Source of the DNA: Thermoanaerobaculia bacterium
GTDB taxonomy: Bacteria > Acidobacteriota > Thermoanaerobaculia > Multivoradales > UBA5704
Length of the DNA stretch: 64,000 nt
Direction of reading: 5' to 3'
Assembly: GCA_044226625.1 (NCBI GenBank)
Contig: JBGAGQ010000003.1
Coordinates: 64,001 to 128,000, forward strand
Both the position numbers and the translations under genes were made by a program. Below are positions 49,758-60,084 of this stretch, piece by piece; positions within the stretch are counted from its first letter, which is position 1; every line of letters starts with the position of its first letter. The notes under the pieces were generated by a model. That model had not been told where the DNA came from. It did not search any database and saw only the letters and a program-made list of their open reading frames with translations.

Positions 49758-51073
49758 GGCGTTCCCCCGTCGCCTTCGGCGGGGCGCGGCGGCTTCGCGG
49801 CGAGGCCCGGCAGACCGGCCGAGCCCTTCGCCCCTTCCGCTCCGGATCCCGCGCCCCCGGGCACCTCTCCCCGCTCCGGATCGACCAGGGCGACGACGTC
49901 TCCCGCGGCGAGGCCCGACTCGACGACCAGGCGTCCCGGACCGGCCGGCGAGGTCGCGACCTGCACCGGGGTAAACCGGCCGGAGGCGTCGCCGCGCCGG
50001 AACACCACGCTCTTGCCGTCCCGCTCGAACAGCGCCTGGCGCGGGATCGCGAGCGCCCGCGCCCGCCGCTCGAGCACCAGCTCGGCGCGCACGCGCGCCC
50101 CGGGCTTCGCGACCTCCGGATCGGTGCGGGCGAGGTCGAGGTCGACCGCGAAATACTGCACCGGCGAGCCGCGAAAACGTGGTTTCGCGAGCGAGTCGAC
50201 CCGCGCGACCTTCGCCGCGACCGGCCGGCCGGGGCGGGATTCGATCGTCACCGTCGCCGGCTTGCCGACCTCGAGCCCGTCCGCGTCCGCTTCGAGGACG
50301 TAGACCTCCGCCCGCATGACGGCGAGCTCGGGCAGCTCGCCGATCGGCTGGCCGGGAAACACCGTGTCGCCCAGGCGCACCGGCTCGTTGCGGAAATTGC
50401 GTTTGGCGACGAACAGCCCGTCGTGCGGCGCCCGCATCTCGATCGCCGCGAGCCCCTGCTCGGAGCGGCCGATCGAGGTCGCGGCCTTGCGCGCGTCAAT
50501 CTCGATCAACTCGCGCTCGGCCGCCGACTGCGCGGCGCGCAGGCTGCGCGCCGCGGCGGCCTTTTCTTCGCGCGCCTTCGCCAACTCGCGGTCGGCCTCC
50601 GATTCCAGGATCTCGTGGCGCGAAAAGACCTCGGCGTCGCGCTTGGCGAACTTTTCGGCCGCCTCGAAATCGCCGCGGGCGAGATCCGCGTCGACCGTGA
50701 GGTCCGCGAGCGCCGCGCTCTCGGTGGCCTTGGACTTCTTTCGGTTCTCCCCCGCTTTCGCGAGATCGCCTTCCGCCGTCGCGAGCGCGTTGCGCAGCTC
50801 GGTCGGATCGAACGCCGCAACGACGTCCCCCGCCTTGACCCGCGCTCCGTCGGCCGCGAGCCAGGCGATGCGCATCGGCCCGGGCGCCTCGATCGGAACC
50901 GACAGCGGCGTCGCACGGGCCGCTTCGAGGTTGCCTTCCGCCGTCACGCTCCGGACCAGCGGCTCCCCACGCACGACGACGGTCGGAATCGGTCTCGCCT
51001 CGTCGCGACACCCCGCCAGCAGGGTCGTCGCCAGGAGCGTCACGCCGAGAGCGGCCGCCTGCCGGTACCTCAT
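49754..51073 (-). CDS. Efflux periplasmic adaptor (MacA/HlyD-like) lipoprotein
   Basis: Lipobox LAGC; G..V..GD lipoyl halves flanking a coiled coil, RAP.DG, IP..A, GL..GD.V. Confidence 0.87.
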   Translation of the reverse strand: MRYRQAAALGVTLLATTLLAGCRDEARPIPTVVVRGEPLVRSVTAEGNLEAARATPLSVPIEAPGPMRIAWLAADGARVKAGDVVAAFDPTELRNALATAEGDLAKAGENRKKSKATESAALADLTVDADLARGDFEAAEKFAKRDAEVFSRHEILESEADRELAKAREEKAAAARSLRAAQSAAERELIEIDARKAATSIGRSEQGLAAIEMRAPHDGLFVAKRNFRNEPVRLGDTVFPGQPIGELPELAVMRAEVYVLEADADGLEVGKPATVTIESRPGRPVAAKVARVDSLAKPRFRGSPVQYFAVDLDLARTDPEVAKPGARVRAELVLERRARALAIPRQALFERDGKSVVFRRGDASGRFTPVQVATSPAGPGRLVVESGLAAGDVVALVDPERGEVPGGAGSGAEGAKGSAGLPGLAAKPPRPAEGDGGTP

Positions 51074-52431
51074 CCCTCCTCCTTCGCGAGGTCGCGCAGC
51101 GCCACCGCATCGCCCGGGCTCAGGCCGGAGAGCACTTCGAACGCCTCCGCCGTGCGGCGGCCTAGGCGCGGATGGACCTCTTCGTAGCCAAACGCCGTGC
51201 GGCGCAGAACCCGCGGACCACGCGGCGAGGGGAAGACCGCCTCGGCGGGGACGAGCAGGAGCCCGGAAAGGCGGGAGATCTCGACCGCGCCGCGGAAGCG
51301 CATGCCCGGCCGAAGCCGGCCGGCGATGACGTTGGCCGGAGCGCCCTCCGCCGCGCCCGCGGAGCCGCCCGGAAACGCCCCCGGCAACGAGATGTCGAGC
51401 TCGATGACCTTCCCCTCCGAGCGCTCCTTGCCGCGCTCTTCGCGGACGGCGCGGTCGATCGTTTCGAGCCGGCCGGAGATCGGCAGATCGGGCAGCGCGT
51501 CGAGCGTGATCCGCACCGTCTGGCCCAGGGCGAGGCGACCGACGTCCGCCTCGCTCACCTCGCCGCGCGCGCTCATCCGGCCGAGGTCGGGCAGCTCGAT
51601 CACCTTTTGCATCTGCCAGCAAGGATCGCCGATCCGCTTCTTCTGGCCGCTGCGATCGGCGACGTAGATCACCGTGCCCGCGCGCGGCGCGCGAACGGTC
51701 ATCTTGGCGATCGACTCCTCGACCTCGCGCAGGCGCGCCGCGGCGCGGTCGCGCTTGTCGACGAGAGCTCCCAGCTCGGCGGCCCCGCCGCGCGCCTCCT
51801 GGCGCAGCCGCTCGCGCCGGTAGGCGACCTCCTTATCCGACAGAGCGAGGTCGGCTTTCGCCTCGGCGAGCTCGACCTGCGCCGTGAGCTCCGGCGGCAC
51901 CTGTGCCTCGAGAGCCGCCTTTCGGTGCCGCGCCTCCGCTTCGGCGAGCGCCACTTCCGACTCGCCGCGCGCGAGCGCCAGCTCGGTCCGCCGCTTGGCG
52001 ATCTCCTGCTCGGCCGAATCTCGCTCGGCGGTCTTTTCCAGCCGTAGCCGTTCGAGCTCGGTGGTGTCGAAGCCGAGGACCGGGGCACCTGCCGGTATGC
52101 TCTGACCCTCCGGCGCCAGGAAAGCGATCTTGTATTCCCAGGTGTTCGGGATCGTCGGCGGTCCGAGCAAGGTCGAGGTCACCGCCTCCAGCTCGCCCGA
52201 GACCGGCACCGTGCTCACGAGGTCCCCGCGCTCGACCCTCGCCCAATCGCGCTCCGACTCGGCCCCGCCGGAACGGCTCGCCCAGGCGAGGCCGACGACC
52301 GCGGCCATGACGGCGATCCCCGCCGCGACGGCGACCGCGACCGGGCGGCGCCGGGCTTCCGGCGCCCGTTTCGAGGCCGATTTCGGAATCGGCTGGGACG
52401 CCCGTCCGGGGCCCACCGCGTTCTCCTTCAC
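51070..52431 (-). CDS. Efflux periplasmic adaptor (MacA/HlyD-like)
   Basis: TM anchor, coiled coil, RAPRAG, LRPGM, VP..AV, GL.PGD.V; GTG overlaps the upstream stop. Confidence 0.85.
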   Translation of the reverse strand: MKENAVGPGRASQPIPKSASKRAPEARRRPVAVAVAAGIAVMAAVVGLAWASRSGGAESERDWARVERGDLVSTVPVSGELEAVTSTLLGPPTIPNTWEYKIAFLAPEGQSIPAGAPVLGFDTTELERLRLEKTAERDSAEQEIAKRRTELALARGESEVALAEAEARHRKAALEAQVPPELTAQVELAEAKADLALSDKEVAYRRERLRQEARGGAAELGALVDKRDRAAARLREVEESIAKMTVRAPRAGTVIYVADRSGQKKRIGDPCWQMQKVIELPDLGRMSARGEVSEADVGRLALGQTVRITLDALPDLPISGRLETIDRAVREERGKERSEGKVIELDISLPGAFPGGSAGAAEGAPANVIAGRLRPGMRFRGAVEISRLSGLLLVPAEAVFPSPRGPRVLRRTAFGYEEVHPRLGRRTAEAFEVLSGLSPGDAVALRDLAKEEG

Positions 52432-53666
52432 CGCGCCACCGCCTCGCCCGGTCCGCGCAGGCGCTCGCCCGCCGCGAGCCCCTCGAGAACCTGGCAGTCG
52501 AACGGTCCGCAGGCGCCGACGCGAACCCGTTTTTCGCCTCCGCCCGCGAGCCGGGCGAGCGGTGGGTTCGAGCCGAGGTCGAGACCGGCGCGAGGCGCGA
52601 TCAGGCCGCGGCGCCCTGTGCCGCAGACGTCGACCCGCACCGACATGCCCGGCAGCATTCGCTTCGGGTCGGCCCGCGCGAGAGAGACGCGGACCGCGAA
52701 CGCCCGCCGCAGCCGCGCGCCCTTGGCGGCCTCGCCCGCCAGCGTCGAGATTTCTTCGATCCGGCACGGGAGCGCCTCGCGCGGGTAGGCGTCGAGGGTG
52801 CAGGTCGCCGCCATGCCCGGGGCGATCCGGCCGTCGTCGACGTCGGCCAGCCGCGCGCGCACGCCCAGGGTCGAGAGATCCGGCAGGCTGGCGACCGCCA
52901 TTCCCACCCAGACGGAGTCGCCCTCGCGCATCTCGCGGTCTTCCCAAGGGTGGCGGCCGATCAGGACCAACCCGCCGCGCGGCGCGGCGAGGGTGAGCGC
53001 CGAGCGGCTGCGCTCCGCCATTTCGATCTCCCGCCGGGAGGCGGCGAGCGAGATCCGGTCGACCTCGAGATCGGCCCGGCTCGTCGCGAGCTGAGTTTCG
53101 AGCGCCCGCTGGGCTTTCTCGAGCTCGCCTTTCGCCCGCGCGAGCGCGCGCTGGCGCTCCTGGTATTCGGCGAGCGGCAGCAGGTCGGGGGGTACGTCGG
53201 CTTTGATCCGCGCCTTCTCGAGTGCGGTCCGCTTCTCTTCGATCGCATAGCGCTTCTCGGCCGCCTGCGTCTCGGCGTCCGCCGACTTGCGCTCGAGCTC
53301 GCGCTCCGCCTCGGTCGCTTTGAGCTTCTTTTCCTCGACATCCGCGGCGAGGCCGCTGCTGTCGAAGATCGCGACCGGATCGCCGGCCTTCACCTCGGAA
53401 CCGTCCTTGGCGAGCCAGCGAATCTGCGCCTGCCATCCCGAGATGGGGGGAACGATCAGCGACTCCGCCCGTTCGGCCACTAGCTCGCCGGAAAGGAGCT
53501 GGCATTCGCGCACTTCGCCCGAGCGGACCGTCCAGTCGGACGAGGAGGCGCCGGCCGCCGCGCGGTTTCCGAGGTCTTGGCTGGCGGCGTCGCGGCATCC
53601 GGACGCCGAGAGCAGGGCGGTGATCGACGTGAGGGCGAGCGCCAGGCTCCGGCGGACTACGCGCAT
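52428..53666 (-). CDS. Efflux periplasmic adaptor (HlyD-like) lipoprotein
   Basis: Lipobox ASGC; DGSEVKAGD, APRGG, MLPGMSV, GL..GE. Confidence 0.85.
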   Translation of the reverse strand: MRVVRRSLALALTSITALLSASGCRDAASQDLGNRAAAGASSSDWTVRSGEVRECQLLSGELVAERAESLIVPPISGWQAQIRWLAKDGSEVKAGDPVAIFDSSGLAADVEEKKLKATEAERELERKSADAETQAAEKRYAIEEKRTALEKARIKADVPPDLLPLAEYQERQRALARAKGELEKAQRALETQLATSRADLEVDRISLAASRREIEMAERSRSALTLAAPRGGLVLIGRHPWEDREMREGDSVWVGMAVASLPDLSTLGVRARLADVDDGRIAPGMAATCTLDAYPREALPCRIEEISTLAGEAAKGARLRRAFAVRVSLARADPKRMLPGMSVRVDVCGTGRRGLIAPRAGLDLGSNPPLARLAGGGEKRVRVGACGPFDCQVLEGLAAGERLRGPGEAVAR

Positions 53667-54030
53667 TCCGAAAACTTCTACGACATCCGGCGAAAAACGT
53701 CTAGAGGCCCGGGGATTCCCCGATCCCGGCCGACGCCTCCGGGCTCGATGTCTATCGAACGGGAAGGGAGAACAGCAGCAGCAGCGGCGCGGCTGCTGCC
53801 GAGATACGACGGCCACCCTTAAGTTCCGGAGGCGTCCCGCGCGGGGCCATCCACCCCGCCCGAGCTCGCAGCTCCGATCGCGCCGAAAGCCGCCCCGAAG
53901 ACGTAGATAGGCTGCGCCTATCGATCCTCAAGGTTCCGCCTATATATCACTCTCCGCAGGGAATCTCGACGAACGGCGGGGTCCTGAGCCAACCCGCCGA
54001 CCGAGGGGATGCCCTCGGAACGAGCCTGTT

Positions 54031-54852
54031 TTAAAGGAAGAGGACGGGCGCCCGCGTCTCGCCACGTTTCGCGACGGATCGGCCGAGAGCTTCCTGGATC
54101 TGCTCTCGCAACGCGGAGAGAGGGGCGTCGAGCGCCATGTCGTCCAACGTGGCGGCGATCCCCAAGAGGACGGTCCGACGGGTGAGCGCCAGCTCGAAGA
54201 GAGTCGAGTCGAGGTTCTTCGCCAGGCTTTCCGTGAGGCTCGCCGGCGAGGGCGGCGTGTCGATCGATGGCAGCCGCGACGGGGGCGGCACGAAACCGAT
54301 GTAGACCGGCCGCCCCGCCTCCTTGTCCCATCCGAAGCGATCGAGATTTCCCTCCAGTGGCAAGCTCGCCTGCGCCAGCTTCGCCGGGACCTCGAAAAAG
54401 GAACGTGCGACGTTCGCGAGCGTGCGGGTCCACTTCTTCACCTGCTCGCTACGCGAAAGCTCGTCGAGCTTCGACCGGAGGCTCGGCTGGATGGGCACGA
54501 TCTGCCAAAGGCGCCCCCCCTCGCCCTCGGGCACGAGCACCAGGCAACGCCCGGGCGAAAGAACCGCTTGGGCCGCGACGCCGCCGTGTCGGCGAGCCCA
54601 CTCGAACAGCTCGTGCCGCGCAAGCTCGAGATTCGGATAGACCTCGGTGGAGAACAGGCGCCAACGCGCCGGAACAATCGCCGACCACATTCCCATGGAG
54701 GTCCGAACCGGCTCGACCGCAAAGTCGTCCAGCTCGCGGAGCACCGCCCGCCCCTCGACCGGAGGCCAGACGAACCCCTCCGGGACCTCAGAGGACGGCA
54801 CGACCGGAGCGCCAAGCTGCGAGGTCGCGCCGGAAGACTTCACGAAATCCAA
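54031..54852 (-). CDS. Hypothetical protein
   Basis: ORF of about 270 aa with globular-looking composition; TTG start with GGAGGG upstream; start uncertain. Confidence 0.5.
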   Translation of the reverse strand: MDFVKSSGATSQLGAPVVPSSEVPEGFVWPPVEGRAVLRELDDFAVEPVRTSMGMWSAIVPARWRLFSTEVYPNLELARHELFEWARRHGGVAAQAVLSPGRCLVLVPEGEGGRLWQIVPIQPSLRSKLDELSRSEQVKKWTRTLANVARSFFEVPAKLAQASLPLEGNLDRFGWDKEAGRPVYIGFVPPPSRLPSIDTPPSPASLTESLAKNLDSTLFELALTRRTVLLGIAATLDDMALDAPLSALREQIQEALGRSVAKRGETRAPVLFL

Positions 54853-55161
54853 GGGTAGAACCCCTCCCGCTTTCAATCTGCAACCTTCTGTTCGAAGTGG
54901 CTGCAAGCCTCGAGCCAACTCTCGAGGAGCTCGACGGCCGGAAGGCTGGCTCGAATCCTATGAGCGGTCGGTCCGGAGTGTAAAACTTTCCCTCGTCGTA
55001 GGGCACCCGGACGCGCGAAACGGGCTCAACCCTCGTCCGCCCTCGGTGGGACAAGATCGCTGAAAAGGCCTCCGGGGAGAGGCGGGTCCGTTCCAGGGAG
55101 CTGCTGGGCGCCCGAACCGCCCCGCAAAGCCGACCCGGGGCGGCGGCCTCCCTCAAGATCC

Positions 55162-55704
55162 CTACGGCAGGGCGGGCAGCGAGTACTCGAAATCGTACGA
55201 GTGCTTCTTGCCCTCGATGATGATGTGGAGGGTGCCGGAGATCCCCGCGAGCTCGCCCGTGCCGGAATCCGGCACCACGAGCACCGCGAGCTCGGGCACG
55301 CCGCGCCGCATGACGCCGCGATGGTAGAGCGCGAACGTCCCTTTCCGCCCGGCGAGCGTCGCGCTCACCGTCTCGACCGCGACGTAAACCCCGGAGCTCT
55401 CGGCGCCTCCGGCGGTGAGCATCTGTCCTTTACCGGTCCCCACCAGGTCGCCGTGGAATTCCTTCTCGATCGACATCCGGCCAAGCGAGGCATCCTCGGC
55501 CGGACCGGCGAGCGGCAGCGGATTGACCTTGACGTCGAAGTCTCCTCGGGCGTGCTCCATTTTGATCTCCTCTCGCCTCGCCTCTCGGGGCGTCGAATTC
55601 TGGTCCGTCGTGGCCGCCCAGGCCGCCGACGCGACGAGCGCCAGAGCGAGCCAAAGGAGGCTGCCCGCGCTCCCGCTTCGGTTCGTTTCGATTCTAGAGT
55701 CCAT
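55162..55704 (-). CDS. DUF3224 family protein (alternative start at 55560)
   Basis: A.G.F.V, K.F.GDL.G.G.GQML, YVA.E, GRKGTF.L.H, VVPDSGTGEL.GI.G, HSY.FEY. Confidence 0.85.
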   Translation of the reverse strand: MDSRIETNRSGSAGSLLWLALALVASAAWAATTDQNSTPREARREEIKMEHARGDFDVKVNPLPLAGPAEDASLGRMSIEKEFHGDLVGTGKGQMLTAGGAESSGVYVAVETVSATLAGRKGTFALYHRGVMRRGVPELAVLVVPDSGTGELAGISGTLHIIIEGKKHSYDFEYSLPALP

Positions 55705-55866
55705 CGCGTTCCCTTTCCGTAGGCCCCGAAGAGTAACGAGCGCCCTCGGTCGCCGATTGAACAAACGCGACACGCCGACCGGCGCGTGGGGGCACGGACG
55801 TTATGATGGAGGCCTCAGGCGCCGCGCTCCCGGCCCGATTGATCTTCCCTCGCTCGGTCTCCCCCC

Positions 55867-56670
55867 TTGATCCGCCCGAAGCACGTCCCCCCACGCGGCA
55901 TCCTGCACGGCAGGGTCGAACCGGCCGCTCCGGGCTACGGCCGTTACTGGCCGGGCGAAATCCTCGCGCTGTTCGTCGAGCATTTCTGGACGGTGTCCTG
56001 GGACGTCGCGGAGCCCAAGATCGCGGAGGTGTTGCCGCACCCTTCCGTCCACCTCGTCCTCGAAGCGGGCGGCTCGCGCGTAGCCGGCGTGCCCAAGGGT
56101 CGTTTCACCACCCGCCTCGAAGGGAAGGGGCGGGTTCTCGGCACCAAGTTCCGCCCCGGCGGCTTCCGCCCGTTCCTCGGAGCGCCCATCTCGTCGCTGT
56201 CCGGCCGAACCTTTCCCTTGACCGAGATCTTCGGTCCGGCCGCCGAGGACCTCGAAGATCGCGCGCTCGCCTTCGCCGATCCGGTGGGTGCGTTCGAAGT
56301 CGTGCAGGAATTCCTCGAAGGGATGCGCCCCCAACCCGATCCTGAATCCGAACTAGCCGCCCGCATCGCCGAGCGTGTGGCGACCGATCGCCAAATCACC
56401 CGCGTCGAGCACGTGGCAGAGGCCTTCGGCCTCGGGACCCGTACGCTCCAGCGCCTGTTCTCCGAATACGTCGGCGTCAGCCCGAAGTGGATCATCCAGC
56501 GCTACCGCCTCCACGAAGCGGCGGAGCGGATCGCGACGGGCTCCCCCATCGACTGGCCCGACCTGGCCCTGGAGCTCGGCTACGCCGACCAGGCGCACTT
56601 CATCCGCGATTTTCGCCGGCTGGTGGGCAAGTCGCCCGCGGAGTACTCGAAGGGGTTGAAGGGGGCCTGA
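55867..56670 (+). CDS. AraC family transcriptional regulator (DUF6597-like N-terminal domain)
   Basis: VEHFW.V.W, LP.P.VHL, KFRPGGF; R.LQRLF..YVGVSPKW, LA.ELGYADQAHF.RDF. Confidence 0.92.
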   Translation: MIRPKHVPPRGILHGRVEPAAPGYGRYWPGEILALFVEHFWTVSWDVAEPKIAEVLPHPSVHLVLEAGGSRVAGVPKGRFTTRLEGKGRVLGTKFRPGGFRPFLGAPISSLSGRTFPLTEIFGPAAEDLEDRALAFADPVGAFEVVQEFLEGMRPQPDPESELAARIAERVATDRQITRVEHVAEAFGLGTRTLQRLFSEYVGVSPKWIIQRYRLHEAAERIATGSPIDWPDLALELGYADQAHFIRDFRRLVGKSPAEYSKGLKGA

Positions 56671-56713
56671 GGGTCGAGCGTAGGCGCCCGCGGGCGCCAC
56701 GGCTCGAACTAGA

Positions 56714-57830
56714 ATGAGTCCCTTCCTCGGGAGGTCCAGGATGTTCGAAGCACGCTCGCTCGCGAGCCGACCGGCGGCCGCAGCACCTCGGACACGATCG
56801 GAGGAGCCCCGACAGGTCGCCGCCGCGTCCCTGGACGCGAGCCTCGCGCGGGCCGAACGGTTCGGCCACCGGTTAGAAGCGCTTGCTGCCCCGCCGGCTT
56901 CGAATCAGGTGATCCAGCGCCGCTGGAAGTACGTCGACGGGTCGGGACATCCCGGCGATTACTACTGGGAAGGACGCGATGATCCGTCCGGTTCGCCGCC
57001 GAACGGGGGGCGTCACATACCGCCCCCGCCTCCCCGGCAGCTCGAAGACACCCACAAGGGGGGCGGAGGCGGCAACATGAAGGCGCTGCGCACCGATCCC
57101 GACCGGGAGTTCCAGGATCTCGAGATGCTCGCACACCTCTCCACCCAGGCGCAGCAGCAGAAGGGGATCTTCTACTCGGGTCCGACCGAATCGCGCGGCC
57201 TCGGACGGACCCCGGTTTCGACCTCGATTCCCAACCGCGACAAAGGACTTCACACCAGCATCTTTCGCGAAATGACCGGCGGTGAGTCGAGCTCGACCAA
57301 ATATCAGCAATCGCTCGGCACGAAGGAGCCGAACACGAAGTACCAGATCCTCCACGGTATGGGGCACGGCGAAGGCGGAGGAAAGACACAAGACCGGAAC
57401 AACCTCGCCTCGGCTTCCGAGGGGACCAACACCTACATGATCCCCTACGACAAGGCGATCTCGGGCAATCCCGACATCGAGGTCGACAGCTCGTTCTCCA
57501 TGCGGAAGGGGACGCACCGGGCGGAGGTCGTCCATCAGAAATTCTTCCACAAGGACCTGCCCGACGAGCCAATCTTCTCAGAAGGATTGGGACGGCGACA
57601 TGCCGAAGCCGACGGTCTCCCAATACGAAGAGCACGAACGACGAGCCAGCCGCTACAAAGACCGCCCTCACCTCTCCGGCGCCGTCGGCCTCATCAATTT
57701 CTCTCGCAAGTTCCACCCCTACGCTCCGCCGAAGCGGCGGCAGAACGTCTGGGGCCGCCTCGGTCAATTCGCGCCAGGCAGCCATCCGCTCGACGACCAG
57801 CCTCGGAAGGACGGCGACGGCATTCTGTAA
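56714..57830 (+). pseudogene. Putative polymorphic-toxin-like His-Me (non-specific) endonuclease with eCIS-cargo-like N-terminus; apparent frameshift near 57578
   Basis: RFGH...VIQR leader; ILHGMGHGEGG...NNL...TN.YM..D nuclease-like motif; removing one base at ATCTTCTCAGAAG joins the frame to QKDWDGDMPKP... ending at TAA 57830. Confidence 0.55.
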
Positions 57831-57995
57831 AACGAACCCGCCCGACTGACGGATCCCGATCGAAATCGGATGCTCAGTCCATTACCCTCTACGCGCAGGT
57901 GTACCTGTCTGCGGGCCATACATCGCAGTTGACGCCAAACGGCAATCCCATTAGCACCTGACGCCTCTTGGCAACACCTGCCATATCTACAACCA

Positions 57996-59855
57996 CTACA
58001 TCGAATACCATGAGTCTTCAGCCGCGATGAAGTTGAAAACTTCCAGAAAAGATTCCTTTGTACTTACGCCAAGAAAATTCAGATCTCCGTCTAGAACCGT
58101 CCGCGCAACGATAACCTTTACTGCATCACTAACCCGCGCACTGTTCGAAGCCATCGATCGCTTCGAAGCAGGCATTGAAATCCCTGCTCTCCTGAGAAGT
58201 TCGTCGAAATCCTCTCTAGAGTACAGATCTTCAATTCCAGACGAGCGACAATTCTCCCACGGGCAGACCTCAAAAATAGAATCGCTTGAAACGAGGTACT
58301 CCTCCCGCAATACTTTCGCGGCAGTCCCCTTATCAATGACAAACTTCAGCTCAAACCCCTGGCCTATACAGAACGCAGTAATTGTAGGCAATGTAGATTG
58401 ACCACGACCTGGAACAACTGACGGGTGAATCGTAATACCTAAGAGCTCCGAAATAGCCCTGAGGTGCATCAGGTCCGTGATGCCCTCTACTAGCACAGCT
58501 CGCGAGCCCTTAGCCAAAGGAAATGGTCCGCCGTAGGTTTGCCCAATAGAATTGAACAGGGGCTGCAATGCAAGCGCCGCCTTGGCAGAGTTGGCCCGAG
58601 ACAGAGGCTTGTTCTCAACTCTAAGAAGGCCTCGACTATCTTGTTCCATTGTCCTTACGCCGCAGATATGGCGTACGTCCAAAAGGTGCTCCGAATGGGT
58701 CGTGATAACTACTTGATGTCCAGCGTGCGCTAAGCGCTGCAAGAAATCTAGAAGTTGAAGTTGAGCAGAAGGATGAAATCCCGTATTAGGCTCATCGAAA
58801 AGAAGCACGCTTGGTGCTATATCTTCGCAGCGGGTTACTAGATTATATCCGATCAAGAATTTTGTGTTATCGCTCAGGTGTCTATAGAACGACTTTTTTC
58901 CGTCGATCTTTGCCGTTAACTGCAACCCTTCATTTTCATGAAGTACAAACTCCAACATAGGATTCATGCCGCCAGCATTCACCAGAGAAGAAAGATGCGA
59001 CATTTTACCCCGAAATCCTTCAAGGAGTTCATCACGTCGATCCGGGTCGTTGATATCAAAGAATTCGTCGAGAAGATCTGAATCGAGAAGACTGACAAGA
59101 TAGCTTTCAAGGCCAGTGGACTTCCCGATCAATCCTTGGGTAATCCTATCTGGAAGGTTAGCATTTAGCTGGAAGCGCTGTCCAAAGAGAAAGATAGGGG
59201 GCACCAAGTGGCGCGCAAGCTCACGGTAGACGCGCCCCGGATTCATTTGCACCGGAAATTCACTTTTCTGAACTCTCAGCGCCCCAGTACGAGCATCAAA
59301 GACCCTTGCGAGGGTGCTTCCAATATTCGATCTTCTCCTGTTTTGATCATCTATCGTTTCCCCTGGTGCTGTAACCCAGAATAGCCCATGGTTACCCTGT
59401 CTATAAACACTGATTCGCCCAGCAGAGCGAGCATGATGAAAAAGCGAGGCGAATTCCTCGTAGCACTCGAAGGCGACTCCGGCCAAGTCCTCGCCTTCCT
59501 CGAAATCTTGAGGAACACCGGTCAGGCGAAGATATCTCTTAATTGACGCCAAGAACTGTTCTGGAGTAGGTAATTCACCTTCAATATCAATACTCCCCCA
59601 GATCAAGGGGGTGCCACCGCTGGGATTATAAAAATTGACAAAGCGGTCATTTTCGTCAGGGGAACCAACATCCGGGCTCAGACTCAAGATTCCCGCCAGC
59701 AGAGAACTCTTACCTGAGCTGTTACGTCCCAGGATTGAAACTATCCCTGATGGAGAGACCAAATCTGCGTCACCGGAATCACCAAACCCAAAACAGTTCT
59801 TGACTGAAATCGCGCCTATTCTCACCGGTAACTCCTTAGATTCCAAGCTGCCCAT
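57996..59855 (-). CDS. OLD-family ATP-dependent nuclease (ABC ATPase + TOPRIM), low-GC
   Basis: VKNCFGF, Walker A GRNSSGKS, Walker B LLFDEP...HP..Q, ITTHS, TOPRIM VLVEGITD...FVID, IEDLY. Confidence 0.85.
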   Translation of the reverse strand: MGSLESKELPVRIGAISVKNCFGFGDSGDADLVSPSGIVSILGRNSSGKSSLLAGILSLSPDVGSPDENDRFVNFYNPSGGTPLIWGSIDIEGELPTPEQFLASIKRYLRLTGVPQDFEEGEDLAGVAFECYEEFASLFHHARSAGRISVYRQGNHGLFWVTAPGETIDDQNRRRSNIGSTLARVFDARTGALRVQKSEFPVQMNPGRVYRELARHLVPPIFLFGQRFQLNANLPDRITQGLIGKSTGLESYLVSLLDSDLLDEFFDINDPDRRDELLEGFRGKMSHLSSLVNAGGMNPMLEFVLHENEGLQLTAKIDGKKSFYRHLSDNTKFLIGYNLVTRCEDIAPSVLLFDEPNTGFHPSAQLQLLDFLQRLAHAGHQVVITTHSEHLLDVRHICGVRTMEQDSRGLLRVENKPLSRANSAKAALALQPLFNSIGQTYGGPFPLAKGSRAVLVEGITDLMHLRAISELLGITIHPSVVPGRGQSTLPTITAFCIGQGFELKFVIDKGTAAKVLREEYLVSSDSIFEVCPWENCRSSGIEDLYSREDFDELLRRAGISMPASKRSMASNSARVSDAVKVIVARTVLDGDLNFLGVSTKESFLEVFNFIAAEDSWYSM

Positions 59856-60084
59856 AGACTTCCTGGGATTGCCCGAAGCATCGCCGCAGCTGCGCCGATT
59901 TTAATTAGCTAGCCCGCAAACTTTCAACGGCGCTGTATTCGTACATCGAAAGAACTTTGGACCTGCTAAAAGCAACCCGAAACGGAAGTAGACACATAGA
60001 TACCGCTTGTCCGCTGCACACCACCGATTGAGGCATTGCAGCGGCAGGTTTCGCACCCTCCTTGCGAAGCGATAGATGAAGAGG

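Noticed and set aside
53700-54030. Structured ncRNA or riboswitch upstream of the adaptor operon
   Set aside because: Only a short CAGCAGC/GCTGCTG hairpin; no recognisable riboswitch consensus.
54788-55156. Frameshifted N-terminal half of the 54031 gene
   Set aside because: The translation is not protein-like and an independent RBS/TTG start exists; insufficient evidence.
57996-59855. Gabija, retron or PARIS system
   Set aside because: No UvrD helicase, reverse transcriptase or separate partner gene is adjacent.
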